64,000 nt of DNA from positions 1-64,000 of IMG/VR virus record IMGVR_UViG_3300035145_001165. One strand, 5' to 3'. Within the stretch, counting starts at the first letter, position 1, and each line of letters opens with the position of its first letter. This document shows positions 1 to 10,400 of the stretch, piece after piece. The stretch comes from a virus. The position numbers and the translations under genes were made by a program. Under the pieces are notes generated by a model, which was not told the origin of the DNA, made no database searches, and saw only the letters and a program-made list of their open reading frames with translations.

Positions 1-1945
1 TGTGAGGGAACTTGAAGATAACATTGTCAATGAAATTACCAGTAGAGCCGACAAGATCATCACCAACTCTCCTGCCACTGATGATCATATTGTTGAAAGC
101 ATCGAAGTTGATGGAGTCAAGCAAGACACCACCATCATCCATAGGTTCATACTTATATTTTGGTTTTGTGGCAGAACCAGTACCAGAAATATCTTCGTTT
201 TTAATTGCTCTTACTTCTCTAATATAATCAATACTTCCATCAAAATTAACTTTTGCAATAAATCCAAAATATGAATTTTCATTATTCCAAGGAGAAGTTG
301 TGGTAGTTCCAGGTCCTCGGTTTGACAGAACTACGTTTCCAACAAAGTAGATACCATTAACAAATACCTTGGAATCAGCAACACTGATGTCAGCACCACC
401 AGCAGGAGTAACATATGAACTAGTACCACCCCAGTTCATTCCACTGTTCATATCACGGACAGCTGCATTAGGTACAGCAAAGAATGTACGTGCCCAATCA
501 ATAGCATTGCTAGCAACATTCTTTTTGTGTAGACCAACAAAGTTAGTATACCTAGAGAGCAAACTGCGACCTGTAGCATTGCTATTGTCGCGAGTGGAAG
601 TACCAGAGTTAGCAAAAGCTCTAGTAGGATCTGGTGTTAATCCAGCAGTGCTAACGTATTGATATAATGTACCCTCTGCTTCAGGTTCAGACTCAACTTT
701 ACAGATTTTAGGAGGTGCAATACCATTCTGTGAATAGTATGTCAGATCATATTCATCATTATCCCAATCAAATGTAAGATATGCACCAGTATTTTGAGTA
801 TCTACGTGAGCACCATTGTTACCTGTATCATACAGGAAATAATCGCTACCAACGCTGTTAGTATCTTTGTAAGTATGCTCCTTACAAGTACCAGTCCAGG
901 GAACAATCAGTTCTCCACCTTGCGACAATGTAATATGAGCGTTCTGATCCCAACCACCAGGATACACGATCTCTTTAGCTTCAACAGAAACACCAGAGAA
1001 AGGAATCTTCAGCACTTGCATTGTGCTGCGGGACAGACTCATATCTTGAGCAGACGCATTACCTGCAACTAAGATATAAAACTGATTGTTAGGAATATCC
1101 AGAGCAATGTTGGATGTCACCTGTGGGCGACCACCAAACAAAGGACCGTCAAGAGAACTAGCTTCACTGGTTTTCTCGCCAGTGTGGTCTACACCAAGAG
1201 TAACGTGGGTCTCGCTAACGATTTGACCATTAGTTCCTTCATTGATTGCACCATATCCACCAATGTAAGGATAACCACCACTATTGCTTACGAAACCATA
1301 ACCGTCATAGTTGAAGGCTGAAAGTAACTTCAGGTCTGGTGCACCGTGGAACATTCTCCAGCTATTGCTGGTGTTATAGTTTCTATTCTCAAAGATACCC
1401 ATCTGCAGTGGGTTAGAACTGCTGTTGATACCATTGATACCAGAAGGATATGATGCAGCGTTAGATGTCTTCCAAATGTTCTCCCACTGTCTAGTACCAG
1501 AAGAACTAAACTTACAGAAGTGGTAGACAACATCATTAGTGCTGTCATTCCAACCAGCACTAGCATAGGATGCTCTCTTTTGATTGTAATTGTTAGCACC
1601 ACTCTCGTTCGTGGTCTCTGCAACTACAACAAAAATACTGTTATCTGTTGTGTCACAAGCAAGTGCACAAGGATAACAGTTCTTTGCAGAAGAAATAGTA
1701 TACTGCCAAGAAATAGCACCAATAGCACCAATCTTAGCAATAACTGCATTGTATAACCCAGTGAGCACATTACGCTCACCATTTAGTGTATAGACTTCAC
1801 CAGAGGAGGATGTAGCAACATCGAACATTCCAGACGGTTGTCTATAACTGGAATTGTCAGCGGTATCACGCTTTGCTTCGTAGATCGTATAGAAATTGCC
1901 GCCGCCCCCCGCAGCAGCCATTCCCTTTGCTGCAAATAATGGCAT
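1..1945 (-). CDS. Tail-fibre tip / receptor-binding-like structural protein (partial, runs off the window end)
   Basis: Missing from the ORF track because no stop lies in the window. ATG at 1945 gives MPLFAAKGMAAAGGGGNFYTIYEAKRD..., 3 nt after the upstream stop. The frame was spot-checked as open at both ends. It follows a fibre gene, as its counterpart at 2899-4203 does. Confidence 0.75.
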   Translation of the reverse strand, partial: MPLFAAKGMAAAGGGGNFYTIYEAKRDTADNSSYRQPSGMFDVATSSSGEVYTLNGERNVLTGLYNAVIAKIGAIGAISWQYTISSAKNCYPCALACDTTDNSIFVVVAETTNESGANNYNQKRASYASAGWNDSTNDVVYHFCKFSSSGTRQWENIWKTSNAASYPSGINGINSSSNPLQMGIFENRNYNTSNSWRMFHGAPDLKLLSAFNYDGYGFVSNSGGYPYIGGYGAINEGTNGQIVSETHVTLGVDHTGEKTSEASSLDGPLFGGRPQVTSNIALDIPNNQFYILVAGNASAQDMSLSRSTMQVLKIPFSGVSVEAKEIVYPGGWDQNAHITLSQGGELIVPWTGTCKEHTYKDTNSVGSDYFLYDTGNNGAHVDTQNTGAYLTFDWDNDEYDLTYYSQNGIAPPKICKVESEPEAEGTLYQYVSTAGLTPDPTRAFANSGTSTRDNSNATGRSLLSRYTNFVGLHKKNVASNAIDWARTFFAVPNAAVRDMNSGMNWGGTSSYVTPAGGADISVADSKVFVNGIYFVGNVVLSNRGPGTTTTSPWNNENSYFGFIAKVNFDGSIDYIREVRAIKNEDISGTGSATKPKYKYEPMDDGGVLLDSINFDAFNNMIISGRRVGDDLVGSTGNFIDNVIFKFPH

Positions 1946-1948
1946 TTA

Positions 1949-2866
1949 TCAGAACTCCTGACCAGAAGTGAATCCGTAGTAAATTGTACCACCATTGAAT
2001 GTGGTGAAGAGGAAGATGTCTGTTGCGTTGGGGTTAGTAGACACAGTAGGTGTCACATTACCTGCCCACTTAACAGTTCTTCCAAGGAAACTACTGAGAT
2101 CAACAATTCTACCGCCTGTAGTATCTTGTGTCAACACAAGGATAAAACTAGTTGATGCACCTGCTTGCTCACCACTGATACTGAAAGAGTTGATGTTCTC
2201 TGTCAGACTAACAGTGAAGATAGATGCTTGTGTGAGATCAAGAGAAACAACACCTGCGCTAACACTCTCAGCAACCACTGCTTCGGAGTATGCAGGAACG
2301 TGGAGTCTTGCTGGTGTACTACCCGCAAGGAATTGGAAGAAGTTAGTGCTCTCGTTCCAGAGAAGTTTAGTGTTGAGAGATGTACCACGCTCAATCTCAA
2401 TGCCAGCACTAGCATCAGAGTGAGTAACACCAGCACCAGTCTCACCAGAGTTGAGAACAATAGTATTATCAGAAATGCTGGTGTTTGTAGTGTTTACTGT
2501 CGTTGTCGTCCCCGAGACCGTGAGATCGCCAGTGATAGTAGCGTTTGGAGCAGTAAAAGTGTCAGTAGCAGCGTCATAACTGAAACCTGTTTCACCAGCG
2601 AATCCAGTACCAGATTTATATTGAATCTGACCGTCAGCAGTACCACCAGAGGCAGACTCAGTACCTCTCGCCAGATACTCCCAGTGAGCATCTAAGACAT
2701 TATTTGCAGATGGTGCGTTACCAGTGGTATCTGATACACAAATGTATGCAGAAGTTGTGGCACCGTCATAATAACTAACAGCGTCATCTATTTCATAAGC
2801 GGTGGCACCAGCATATGTGCCTCTCCACTTAATTTTAATCTTGCCAACATCGATTGTGAGAGCCAT
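1949..2866 (-). CDS. Tail fibre protein (paralog of 4200-5459)
   Basis: N-terminus IDVGKIKIKWRGTY..TAYEIDDAVSY and C-terminus KWAGNVTPTVST..DIFLFTTFNGGTIYYGF both match 4200-5459. Confidence 0.7.
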   Translation of the reverse strand: MALTIDVGKIKIKWRGTYAGATAYEIDDAVSYYDGATTSAYICVSDTTGNAPSANNVLDAHWEYLARGTESASGGTADGQIQYKSGTGFAGETGFSYDAATDTFTAPNATITGDLTVSGTTTTVNTTNTSISDNTIVLNSGETGAGVTHSDASAGIEIERGTSLNTKLLWNESTNFFQFLAGSTPARLHVPAYSEAVVAESVSAGVVSLDLTQASIFTVSLTENINSFSISGEQAGASTSFILVLTQDTTGGRIVDLSSFLGRTVKWAGNVTPTVSTNPNATDIFLFTTFNGGTIYYGFTSGQEF

Positions 2867-2898
2867 CTAACTCAAGGGTACTTGTTCTCTTTGTTTAT

Positions 2899-4203
2899 TT
2901 ATGGTCTACGGAGGATCAACAACCCACCGCCACCACGTCCACCATTACTGCCACCAACAGCGACACCAGTGGAGTATGAAGACTGATTAGTCTGTGGTGC
3001 ACTAGAACCACTGCCAGGTTGTGTTTGTCCCTGTGTGACACCACCGATAAAACCTGATCCACCGCCACCAGCACCAGGACCAGTAGGCATAGGAGGTGTT
3101 TCAACCATAAACTCAGCGTTCATACCATAGTGTGCACCACACTGATAGTAGTATGTATCAGCATCACCTGGCGAAGGTGTCCAGGATACTGTGCCATTAT
3201 TTGTGCCATTATTAGTAGGACCAGTGAGAGAATTTGATGCACCAGCACCTAGTGAACCCTTCAGGTAGAAGGGGTGTGCTGCAGCATTAACATTAAACTC
3301 TACAGTATCACCCTCATAAATTGTGACACTAATGTTATCGCCACTGATAGAACCAGTTCTATCTGTACCACTCAGTGTGTATGCAGAGAAAGAACTAGCA
3401 GTTACATCGATGCTGAAAGTTTGTGCTCCACCAGTAGCGGGGACCATATAGTCATCACCACCACCGCCACCAAAGTATCCGCCACCACCTGATGCACCAA
3501 CTTGATTGCCAGCACCACCACGTAAAGCAGAACCATTGCAAGTAGCACCACCTCCACCACGGTGAATACCACCAGCAGTTTGTGTAGCACCAGTACCAGA
3601 ATAGTTTGTGTCACCAGCGTTGCCTAACAGACCACCACCAGCACCACCTAAAGCAACAGCACCTGCGCCACCACCACCGCCACCAGCGATGATTAGTGCA
3701 TTAGTTTGTGATATTGCTCCACCAAAGACACCAGTGTATCCACCACCACCTGCACCATCTTGTACGTGTGCAGTTAGAGCACCAACATTACCAGCACCAG
3801 TGTTGTATGCATTGTATGCATTATTATTGTCAGGTGTTTCGCTACCGCCTTCACCTGCACCACCAACTATAACATTGTATGTGGTACCTGCTCTGAAAAT
3901 ATAAACACCAGAGGCATAACCACCAGCACCACCTGAAGGACCCTGACTGTTTCTAGTACCACCGCCACCAGCACCCCAAGCTTCAAGCTGCAATGCAATG
4001 TCATTACTTACTGTGAATGTAGTGGCATAGTAACCAGTACCACCCTGTGCTTCAGCATTGATGGCAATCTCAGTACCACTCTCCAGTTCGTAACTATCGG
4101 TCAGTTGCCCCGCAAATTGTAATGTAGCTGTAGTAGACAGTTCACCACCACCAGCATTTCCTGCTGCAAAGATAGAACCTCGCGCCCAACCGATAGGACT
4201 CAT
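2899..4203 (-). CDS. Glycine-rich adhesin-like tail tip protein with an inserted cupredoxin-like module
   Basis: Likely start is ATG 4203 (MSPIGWARG), overlapping the upstream TGA. It has many GAGGGG motifs and an HPFYL...YYYQCGAHYGM module. Confidence 0.7.
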   Translation of the reverse strand: MSPIGWARGSIFAAGNAGGGELSTTATLQFAGQLTDSYELESGTEIAINAEAQGGTGYYATTFTVSNDIALQLEAWGAGGGGTRNSQGPSGGAGGYASGVYIFRAGTTYNVIVGGAGEGGSETPDNNNAYNAYNTGAGNVGALTAHVQDGAGGGGYTGVFGGAISQTNALIIAGGGGGGAGAVALGGAGGGLLGNAGDTNYSGTGATQTAGGIHRGGGGATCNGSALRGGAGNQVGASGGGGYFGGGGGDDYMVPATGGAQTFSIDVTASSFSAYTLSGTDRTGSISGDNISVTIYEGDTVEFNVNAAAHPFYLKGSLGAGASNSLTGPTNNGTNNGTVSWTPSPGDADTYYYQCGAHYGMNAEFMVETPPMPTGPGAGGGGSGFIGGVTQGQTQPGSGSSAPQTNQSSYSTGVAVGGSNGGRGGGGLLILRRP

Positions 4204-5459
4204 TGAAACTCTGCTCCACCAACGAAACCGTACCAAGTAGATCCACCGTTCGGGGTGGATAATGTAACAACGTCCACATAACCTGAAGTTGTGGACAGAA
4301 CTGGAACAGTACCACCAGGCCACTTAGTATTAGGAGGCCAAGTAATGTTAAAGCTACCGTTAGATGTCAACACCAGTGTGATAGACACTGCACGTGCACC
4401 TGCAGGCAGGTTAACAACCATACTGTTAATGATGTCATTTCTAGTAACTGTGAAGACAGATGCTGATGTAGCATCCAGTGTCAACACATTAGAAACAATA
4501 CCAGCACTCATCGATGCTTCATCAAAGCATCCATTAACTCTGAATGGATTGTTGCAAGTAAAGATAGTAGGAGTAACCTCTACTTTATTGACAGTATTCA
4601 AGTCCACCTTAAATGTAGGTGCTGCACTGTCAGCGTTACTGATATGCAGATCTCCACCATCATTATAGATGGTAACAGGTTCTGTTCTCAGTGAGTTTTT
4701 ATGAAGATGCACACCAGACTTTTGTGCCTGTGAGGTGTTTGGCATCACCTCAATAAATGTACCCCACGCATTTGTATGATCTGATCTAAATCGTGCAACA
4801 ATATCGTCTTCAGTTGCAGGTGCCAAAGACAAAACATCCAGTCGTGATGCAGGTACAGCTGTACCAATACCAACACGATCAGTGGTGTTGTCAAAGAAAA
4901 TACCACTGGTCTTTACAGAAAATGATTGTCCTGCTGACAGTCCAGTAACATTGACATTAGCAGGCATCCTGGCATTGTCTAAATTACCAGATGTGACCTG
5001 TGCGGCAGAGATATTATATGTAATCTGATTAGCACCTTCCCAGATACTACCAGCACGGAACGAACCAGTAACATCTAGATCGTATGCTGGTGATCCAGCA
5101 GCACTACCAGTGACAGCAATCGCTGGCACATTCAGTACATCAACTGCAGGATCATATGTGAACGAGGCATCAGCATCGAGTGCAAGACCAGACTTAACCT
5201 GTACTTGATTGCTAGCATTACCTCCAGGTTGCAATCCACCAGGAAGACCACCACCAGCAAATAAGTTCCAGTTAGCAGTATCTACAGTACCAGTAACTGA
5301 CGGCACTGTGTTAGTGTTCGCTGCTACTGCGATGTAACTACTGATCGTGGATCCGTCGTTATACCACACAAGATCATCCACCACATATGCAGTGGATGAA
5401 TCCCAGTTTCCTCTCCAGGTAAGTTTAATCTTACCTACGTCGATAAAAAATTCTGCCAT
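4200..5459 (-). CDS. Tail fibre protein
   Basis: N-terminus DVGKIKLTWRGNWDSSTAYVVDDLVWY, an RVGIGTAVPASRLDV fibre motif, and a C-terminal domain shared with 1949-2866. Confidence 0.75.
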   Translation of the reverse strand: MAEFFIDVGKIKLTWRGNWDSSTAYVVDDLVWYNDGSTISSYIAVAANTNTVPSVTGTVDTANWNLFAGGGLPGGLQPGGNASNQVQVKSGLALDADASFTYDPAVDVLNVPAIAVTGSAAGSPAYDLDVTGSFRAGSIWEGANQITYNISAAQVTSGNLDNARMPANVNVTGLSAGQSFSVKTSGIFFDNTTDRVGIGTAVPASRLDVLSLAPATEDDIVARFRSDHTNAWGTFIEVMPNTSQAQKSGVHLHKNSLRTEPVTIYNDGGDLHISNADSAAPTFKVDLNTVNKVEVTPTIFTCNNPFRVNGCFDEASMSAGIVSNVLTLDATSASVFTVTRNDIINSMVVNLPAGARAVSITLVLTSNGSFNITWPPNTKWPGGTVPVLSTTSGYVDVVTLSTPNGGSTWYGFVGGAEFQ

Positions 5460-7406
5460 TTATCTTACAGTGACGACAAGATGCCCATTACTATCTATAT
5501 TGAAATCCAAACCGCTTGGTGCGAAGAACTGGTGAGTGTTCAGATTCGAGGAATACTCTGAATATGAAATGTTCGTCTGTCTACCAGCGTAAACAACTGT
5601 TAAGTTAGTATCGCCTGGTTGTGGTTTGCGGATGATGTAGTAGTCACCAGCATCACCAGATTCTTTCCAATCAACACCGTTATATGTCTTAAATGTGCTC
5701 TGCGCAGTATTGTAGAACACTTGACCCTCAACAGGAGATACAGGATCAGTAGCACCAGTGATGTCAATCTTGGATGAAGTTGCTGCACCATCAGCTAACT
5801 TAGGTGAAGTCACAGCACCATCACGCATTGTGGGTGTGGTGACTGCTTCACTACCAGAGACTTGATATAACTTAGGTTCAGTGATTGCTCCGTTCTGAAG
5901 GTTACTATCGATGATACCACCTGGGGCGATCTTAGCTGCTGTCACAGCATTGTCTCCCAGTTTCGGTGTCGTCACACTCAAGTTAATGATCTTGTTTGTA
6001 GACACCGACAGGTCATCTAGCGTATCCGTCTGGACTCGCGTGAAATCTTGGAGCGTACCAGTAGCGGTTGCAGGCGACTGGAATACGTATCCTGGCGAGT
6101 AAGCAGAGTAGATACTACCATTGTAATAGCGTACCCTAACGTAATAGTTAGTAGAAGGACGGATAGAGTCAAGGGGAATCGGGAATGTAGTACGGTTTGT
6201 AGTGTCTTCTGTAGCAACAATCACGAGGTTTGAGAACCCAGCATCAGTAGCAACTTGCCAGTCGCTGTGTACGTGAGTTTGTCCCGCAGTTTGTGTTGCA
6301 ACGAATACTGATGTTGTCACATCCATTCTATCATAGATAGTGGATTCGACAATGCTGCTGACGAAAGGACACTGAAGTTCAGCAGGAACAGCACTGGTGT
6401 TAAACAGAACAGGTTCAGACCATTCTGAATACCAACTGGTATTTTGAAGGTCAACGTATTCATAACGAACACGAACATAATAAGTACGTGCCTCCTCTAA
6501 GATACCAGTACCAATGGTAATAGCGATCTTATTGTTAATATCATTTGCAGATCTGAAGATCAGACCACTAGTATTTTCAATTTGAGGAGATTCTGTACCA
6601 CCAGCATTAGGTGCCTGAACACTGTTGCTACCAAATGTTGTCGTGGTTGCAATTTCCCAAGTAGTTGACACGTGGGTAGCACCATTAGCACCAGTAAAAC
6701 CAGATGCTGTGATAGTAGGTGTGATAGAAACGCCTGTAGCGTTAGCAACAGGTGTCAGGATTGACGGTCTGTCAATGTTAGGATTGACATTTGTCTGAGT
6801 ATCTGTATAGAAAGATACAGGTTCGCTATACTCAGAGTTGAGTAAAAGATTATCACGATAACGTACTCTCACATAGTACAGAGTATCAAACACCAGCGAT
6901 TGTGGTGTGTACTGTGTCAGACTAGAAGGAGAATCTAACAGTTCCTCAACAATGTTATTGAAGTGGTAGTCAGTAGCAATCTGCCAATCAGATCTGACGT
7001 GAGTGTTGTTGCCATTGAACGGAGACGATACAATGATCGGCACCAATGGCGTCGGTGAACTAACACTCGCCGTTGGAGTGTTAATGTTAAGTCCAGTATT
7101 AAACTCCGCAATCTTGGACCAGTTAGAAATCGTACCGAGACTATCACGGTGACGAATTCTTGCATAATAATGTTGTCTCAAGGAAAGATTACCTTGAGGA
7201 AGTGTTAACGAGTTTAAGTTAACTGTATCATTCTGGTTGTACACCAGACTACCGCTGTTAAAATCTTTAGCTGTGGCAATCTGCCAGTCAGTAGACTGGT
7301 GAGTGCCAACACCTGTCTCTCCAGAGAAGATGGAGGAGAAGAAGACAGGTGTAAGAGAAGCGGGTGACGGAACTGCACCCAGTGCGGGTGGTGAGATTAA
7401 TGCCAT
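5460..7406 (-). CDS. Virion structural protein with four FN3/Ig-like repeats
   Basis: Four repeats of H.S(T/S)xW(Q/E)IAT...YY(V/A)R(V/I)R...S.(W/Y)S, followed by (A)VTxxK(L/I)xxG repeats. Confidence 0.7.
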   Translation of the reverse strand: MALISPPALGAVPSPASLTPVFFSSIFSGETGVGTHQSTDWQIATAKDFNSGSLVYNQNDTVNLNSLTLPQGNLSLRQHYYARIRHRDSLGTISNWSKIAEFNTGLNINTPTASVSSPTPLVPIIVSSPFNGNNTHVRSDWQIATDYHFNNIVEELLDSPSSLTQYTPQSLVFDTLYYVRVRYRDNLLLNSEYSEPVSFYTDTQTNVNPNIDRPSILTPVANATGVSITPTITASGFTGANGATHVSTTWEIATTTTFGSNSVQAPNAGGTESPQIENTSGLIFRSANDINNKIAITIGTGILEEARTYYVRVRYEYVDLQNTSWYSEWSEPVLFNTSAVPAELQCPFVSSIVESTIYDRMDVTTSVFVATQTAGQTHVHSDWQVATDAGFSNLVIVATEDTTNRTTFPIPLDSIRPSTNYYVRVRYYNGSIYSAYSPGYVFQSPATATGTLQDFTRVQTDTLDDLSVSTNKIINLSVTTPKLGDNAVTAAKIAPGGIIDSNLQNGAITEPKLYQVSGSEAVTTPTMRDGAVTSPKLADGAATSSKIDITGATDPVSPVEGQVFYNTAQSTFKTYNGVDWKESGDAGDYYIIRKPQPGDTNLTVVYAGRQTNISYSEYSSNLNTHQFFAPSGLDFNIDSNGHLVVTVR

Positions 7407-7430
7407 CTTTCTTGTTTCCTATACTTTAAT

Positions 7431-10400
7431 TTATGCGCAAGTGGGGTTACAGTCACCCAGATAACTAAAGAGGATCGGGAACGGTGCAGGGATCTGGAAG
7501 TCCAGAGTCCTGGGTGAAATTCCGTCTGTCACCTTGATTTGTGCGACACCTTCCATACCGATGATCGGTTGCTCTTCGTGACCGCGATCACGCAGAGGTT
7601 TAATGAAGTTACAGAAGTAATCATTAGAAGGTGTGATGCAAGCTCCGTTAGAAGTGTATGCGAAATCATATGTGTGATCCTGGCAAGGATCAGCAACTGC
7701 GACGAGGTTAATCAAGTCAACCAGATCAAACGGAGACTCAACCAGTTCCACCCACAATGTGTAAACCTTTTGGGTACCACGTGCAGGGAAGATAGCGGGT
7801 TGAATGTCATTCTTCACTGTGAAGTCAACAGGTAAGTTGACGTTAGTGTCACCACGGAACGGGCATTCGCGAAGCAAACCAGTTGCTGTTGCAAGTTGTC
7901 CGCTGTAAGTATTAAAGTCGCCAGTGTTAACGATGGTAGGACCGTTGGCGTGAGCAGGATTGTTTAAGGTATAAACAGTTCTGTTGCCACCGTTCACGGT
8001 CTCCATATAGGGGAATTCATTAATCAGGCGCAATCTCCAGGTAAATTGACCAGCATCGATAGTGTACGAGCAGGTCACATCCTGAGTACCATTGTTAGTG
8101 ATAGTCAGGTTTTGTGCACCCTTGTAGTAGTCTTGAATCTGCAGGGTATTGATATCAATGTAAGGCAATGCACTCAGAGGTTCAGGACCAACGTCAATCA
8201 CGAACGAGCGAATAAACACGTTACCGAAGTAATCACCACAGGTCAGTGTTGTATCCACAAATCCTTGATCGTGACGCAGGTAACCGTTAGAAACGGTACC
8301 AGACCAACCGTTGTCGTACTCATACCACCACATACCCAGTTCAGGTGGGTTTGCAATCACGCTAATCTCGTTAGACACAGACGAAACTGCTGCACCATTG
8401 GAGATCGTGAGCTGGAAGGAATAAGGATCGTTCTCACCATTAGGAATACCCTTACAAGGCAGGTCTGTAACACGGATCACAGAACCGTTGTTGTCCAGAG
8501 GCGGCAGCAGTTGAGAAGAAGAACCAATCGGAATCTCAATCTGGTTACCACCGTAGTTCACGCGAAGCGGGAATTCTTCGTCGAAGGAGATATAGTTCTC
8601 GATATAGCTGCTAACGCCGTCTTGAACACAAGAAGGAAGGTAAGCATTTTGAACATTACCAAAATCTCTTCTAGATCTGTAGTGAGGAGAATTCAACGGC
8701 ACATATGTGCTGAAAGTATTCTCGATCGTATCCCAGTTGTAAGACTTAACACCAGTCGAAGTGTTGTAGTCATACAGTTTCTTGTACCAGTTGTACTGAA
8801 TGTTTTGGTCAGTACAAGACAGGTTCACAGGATAACGTCCTGCCTTAGGAGACTTGTTAGAAGACTGATAAGGAAGTGTGTTGGGGAAATGTGTCAGACC
8901 ACCATATTCTGTGATCACCGAGTATGTGCTAGCAGTAATTGCAGTAGCACCAGAACTCATATTCAGCAGAGGCTGAGCAGGCAATGCAGGCAGGTTGCTA
9001 ACAGTCAGTTGAACCGAGTTACTAATAACTGCATTGTATACGCTATCGAAGTCGATGTGCTGAGTTGCAAACGAGCTACCACCTTCCTGACCGAAGTAGA
9101 TAATATCTCCAACGTGTGTCTCAAGAATGATAACATCAACCCAAGCGCCAGGAGTACCAGGGGTACCGTAGCGACGGACGATATTGCTTGCTAGTGCACT
9201 ACCTGTAGCGGACTCACGGATTTCAAGATTCTTACCTGTCCAGGAAGAATCACTGATGTCAAATCTGTAAGTTGCTCCCTTAGGTGCCGTGTACACTGTA
9301 GAACCAGATTGGTTCACAACAACAGCATAGTCGTTACCGCTAGCAACCAGATTAAATGTGCGACGGAAGCGAAGCTTACAACGGAAGAACGCATTTGCAT
9401 ACTTCCACCACTTGTTAACAACCAGATAACAACCAGTCAGTTCACGTTCGGCAACATCTTCATATCTCTCCATATAGGAGTAGATTTCATCACGGTTTTC
9501 AACATTATTAGAGAACCAGTCACCTTCCTCAAGCATACAGGAGTTGCCAGGTGTAGCAAGACCAGTAGAATACTCGTTCAGGTTATACCACAGGAATCCA
9601 TTGCCATCTCCCTTATCACCATAGACTTGCCAGAAGGGCAGGTAGTCAAAGTCGCTGTTTTCGTATGCAGTTTGATTGACCCACAGTTGGAAAATCTTAT
9701 AGAACATTTCACGTGCTTGCCAATCTTGACGTGCCCACACATCATCATCTTGAGGTTGACCATCTTTCTTGGTAACAGCAGCATAATCAATGTTCCTGCT
9801 AACTGGTTGAGCAATAACAGTAATGTCTTGAGTAGTGGTTGTGGTGTTGGTAAGTTGAATAGTATAAGTTTGAGTCTGACCAGAGATGTTCTCTTCGACA
9901 GTCAGTGTCAAGTCAAGAGTAGTATTGTTAATCAGAACACCACTCAGAGTACCCAGTTCAGTGTCGAATACCAGACCAGTGCCGTCGATGCTATCACCAG
10001 TCAGAGTGTAATCTCTGGCGAAGATAGATTCGTTAGCATATGTTCTCAGGAATGAAACACCAAGTTGCAGATTGACGGTATCGCCAATGTTATAAGTGCC
10101 AAGAGGACCAGCAGCAGTGTACCAAGTGGTAAGGAGGTTGATGTAAGGTGACACAACACCTCTCATCACGCCACCATCAACACCACGGTCAACAGGCAGG
10201 TTCATAATCTCAGTACCTTGACCCTGACCAGCATCTTCCTGAGCTTCAGTCTGGAAGTACAGTTTGTGACCCACAGGGTTGATATCCATCCACTTCTGGA
10301 CGCCATCATTGTCCTGGTGTGTACCGCGCAGGTTAGAAACCTTCAGGTAGTTACCACCTTCTTCAGAGAATGCAGCAGTAAACTGTGCTGCATTAGGTTC

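Noticed and set aside
4204-4323. Upstream extension of the Gly-rich ORF (start at 4323)
   Set aside because: It overlaps the conserved C-terminus of the fibre gene. The ATG at 4203, coupled to that stop, is more plausible.
1949-5459. Diversity-generating retroelement suggested by the paralogous fibre C-termini
   Set aside because: The similarity is only at the protein level. There is no near-identical repeat with adenine-specific mismatches and no reverse transcriptase in the window.
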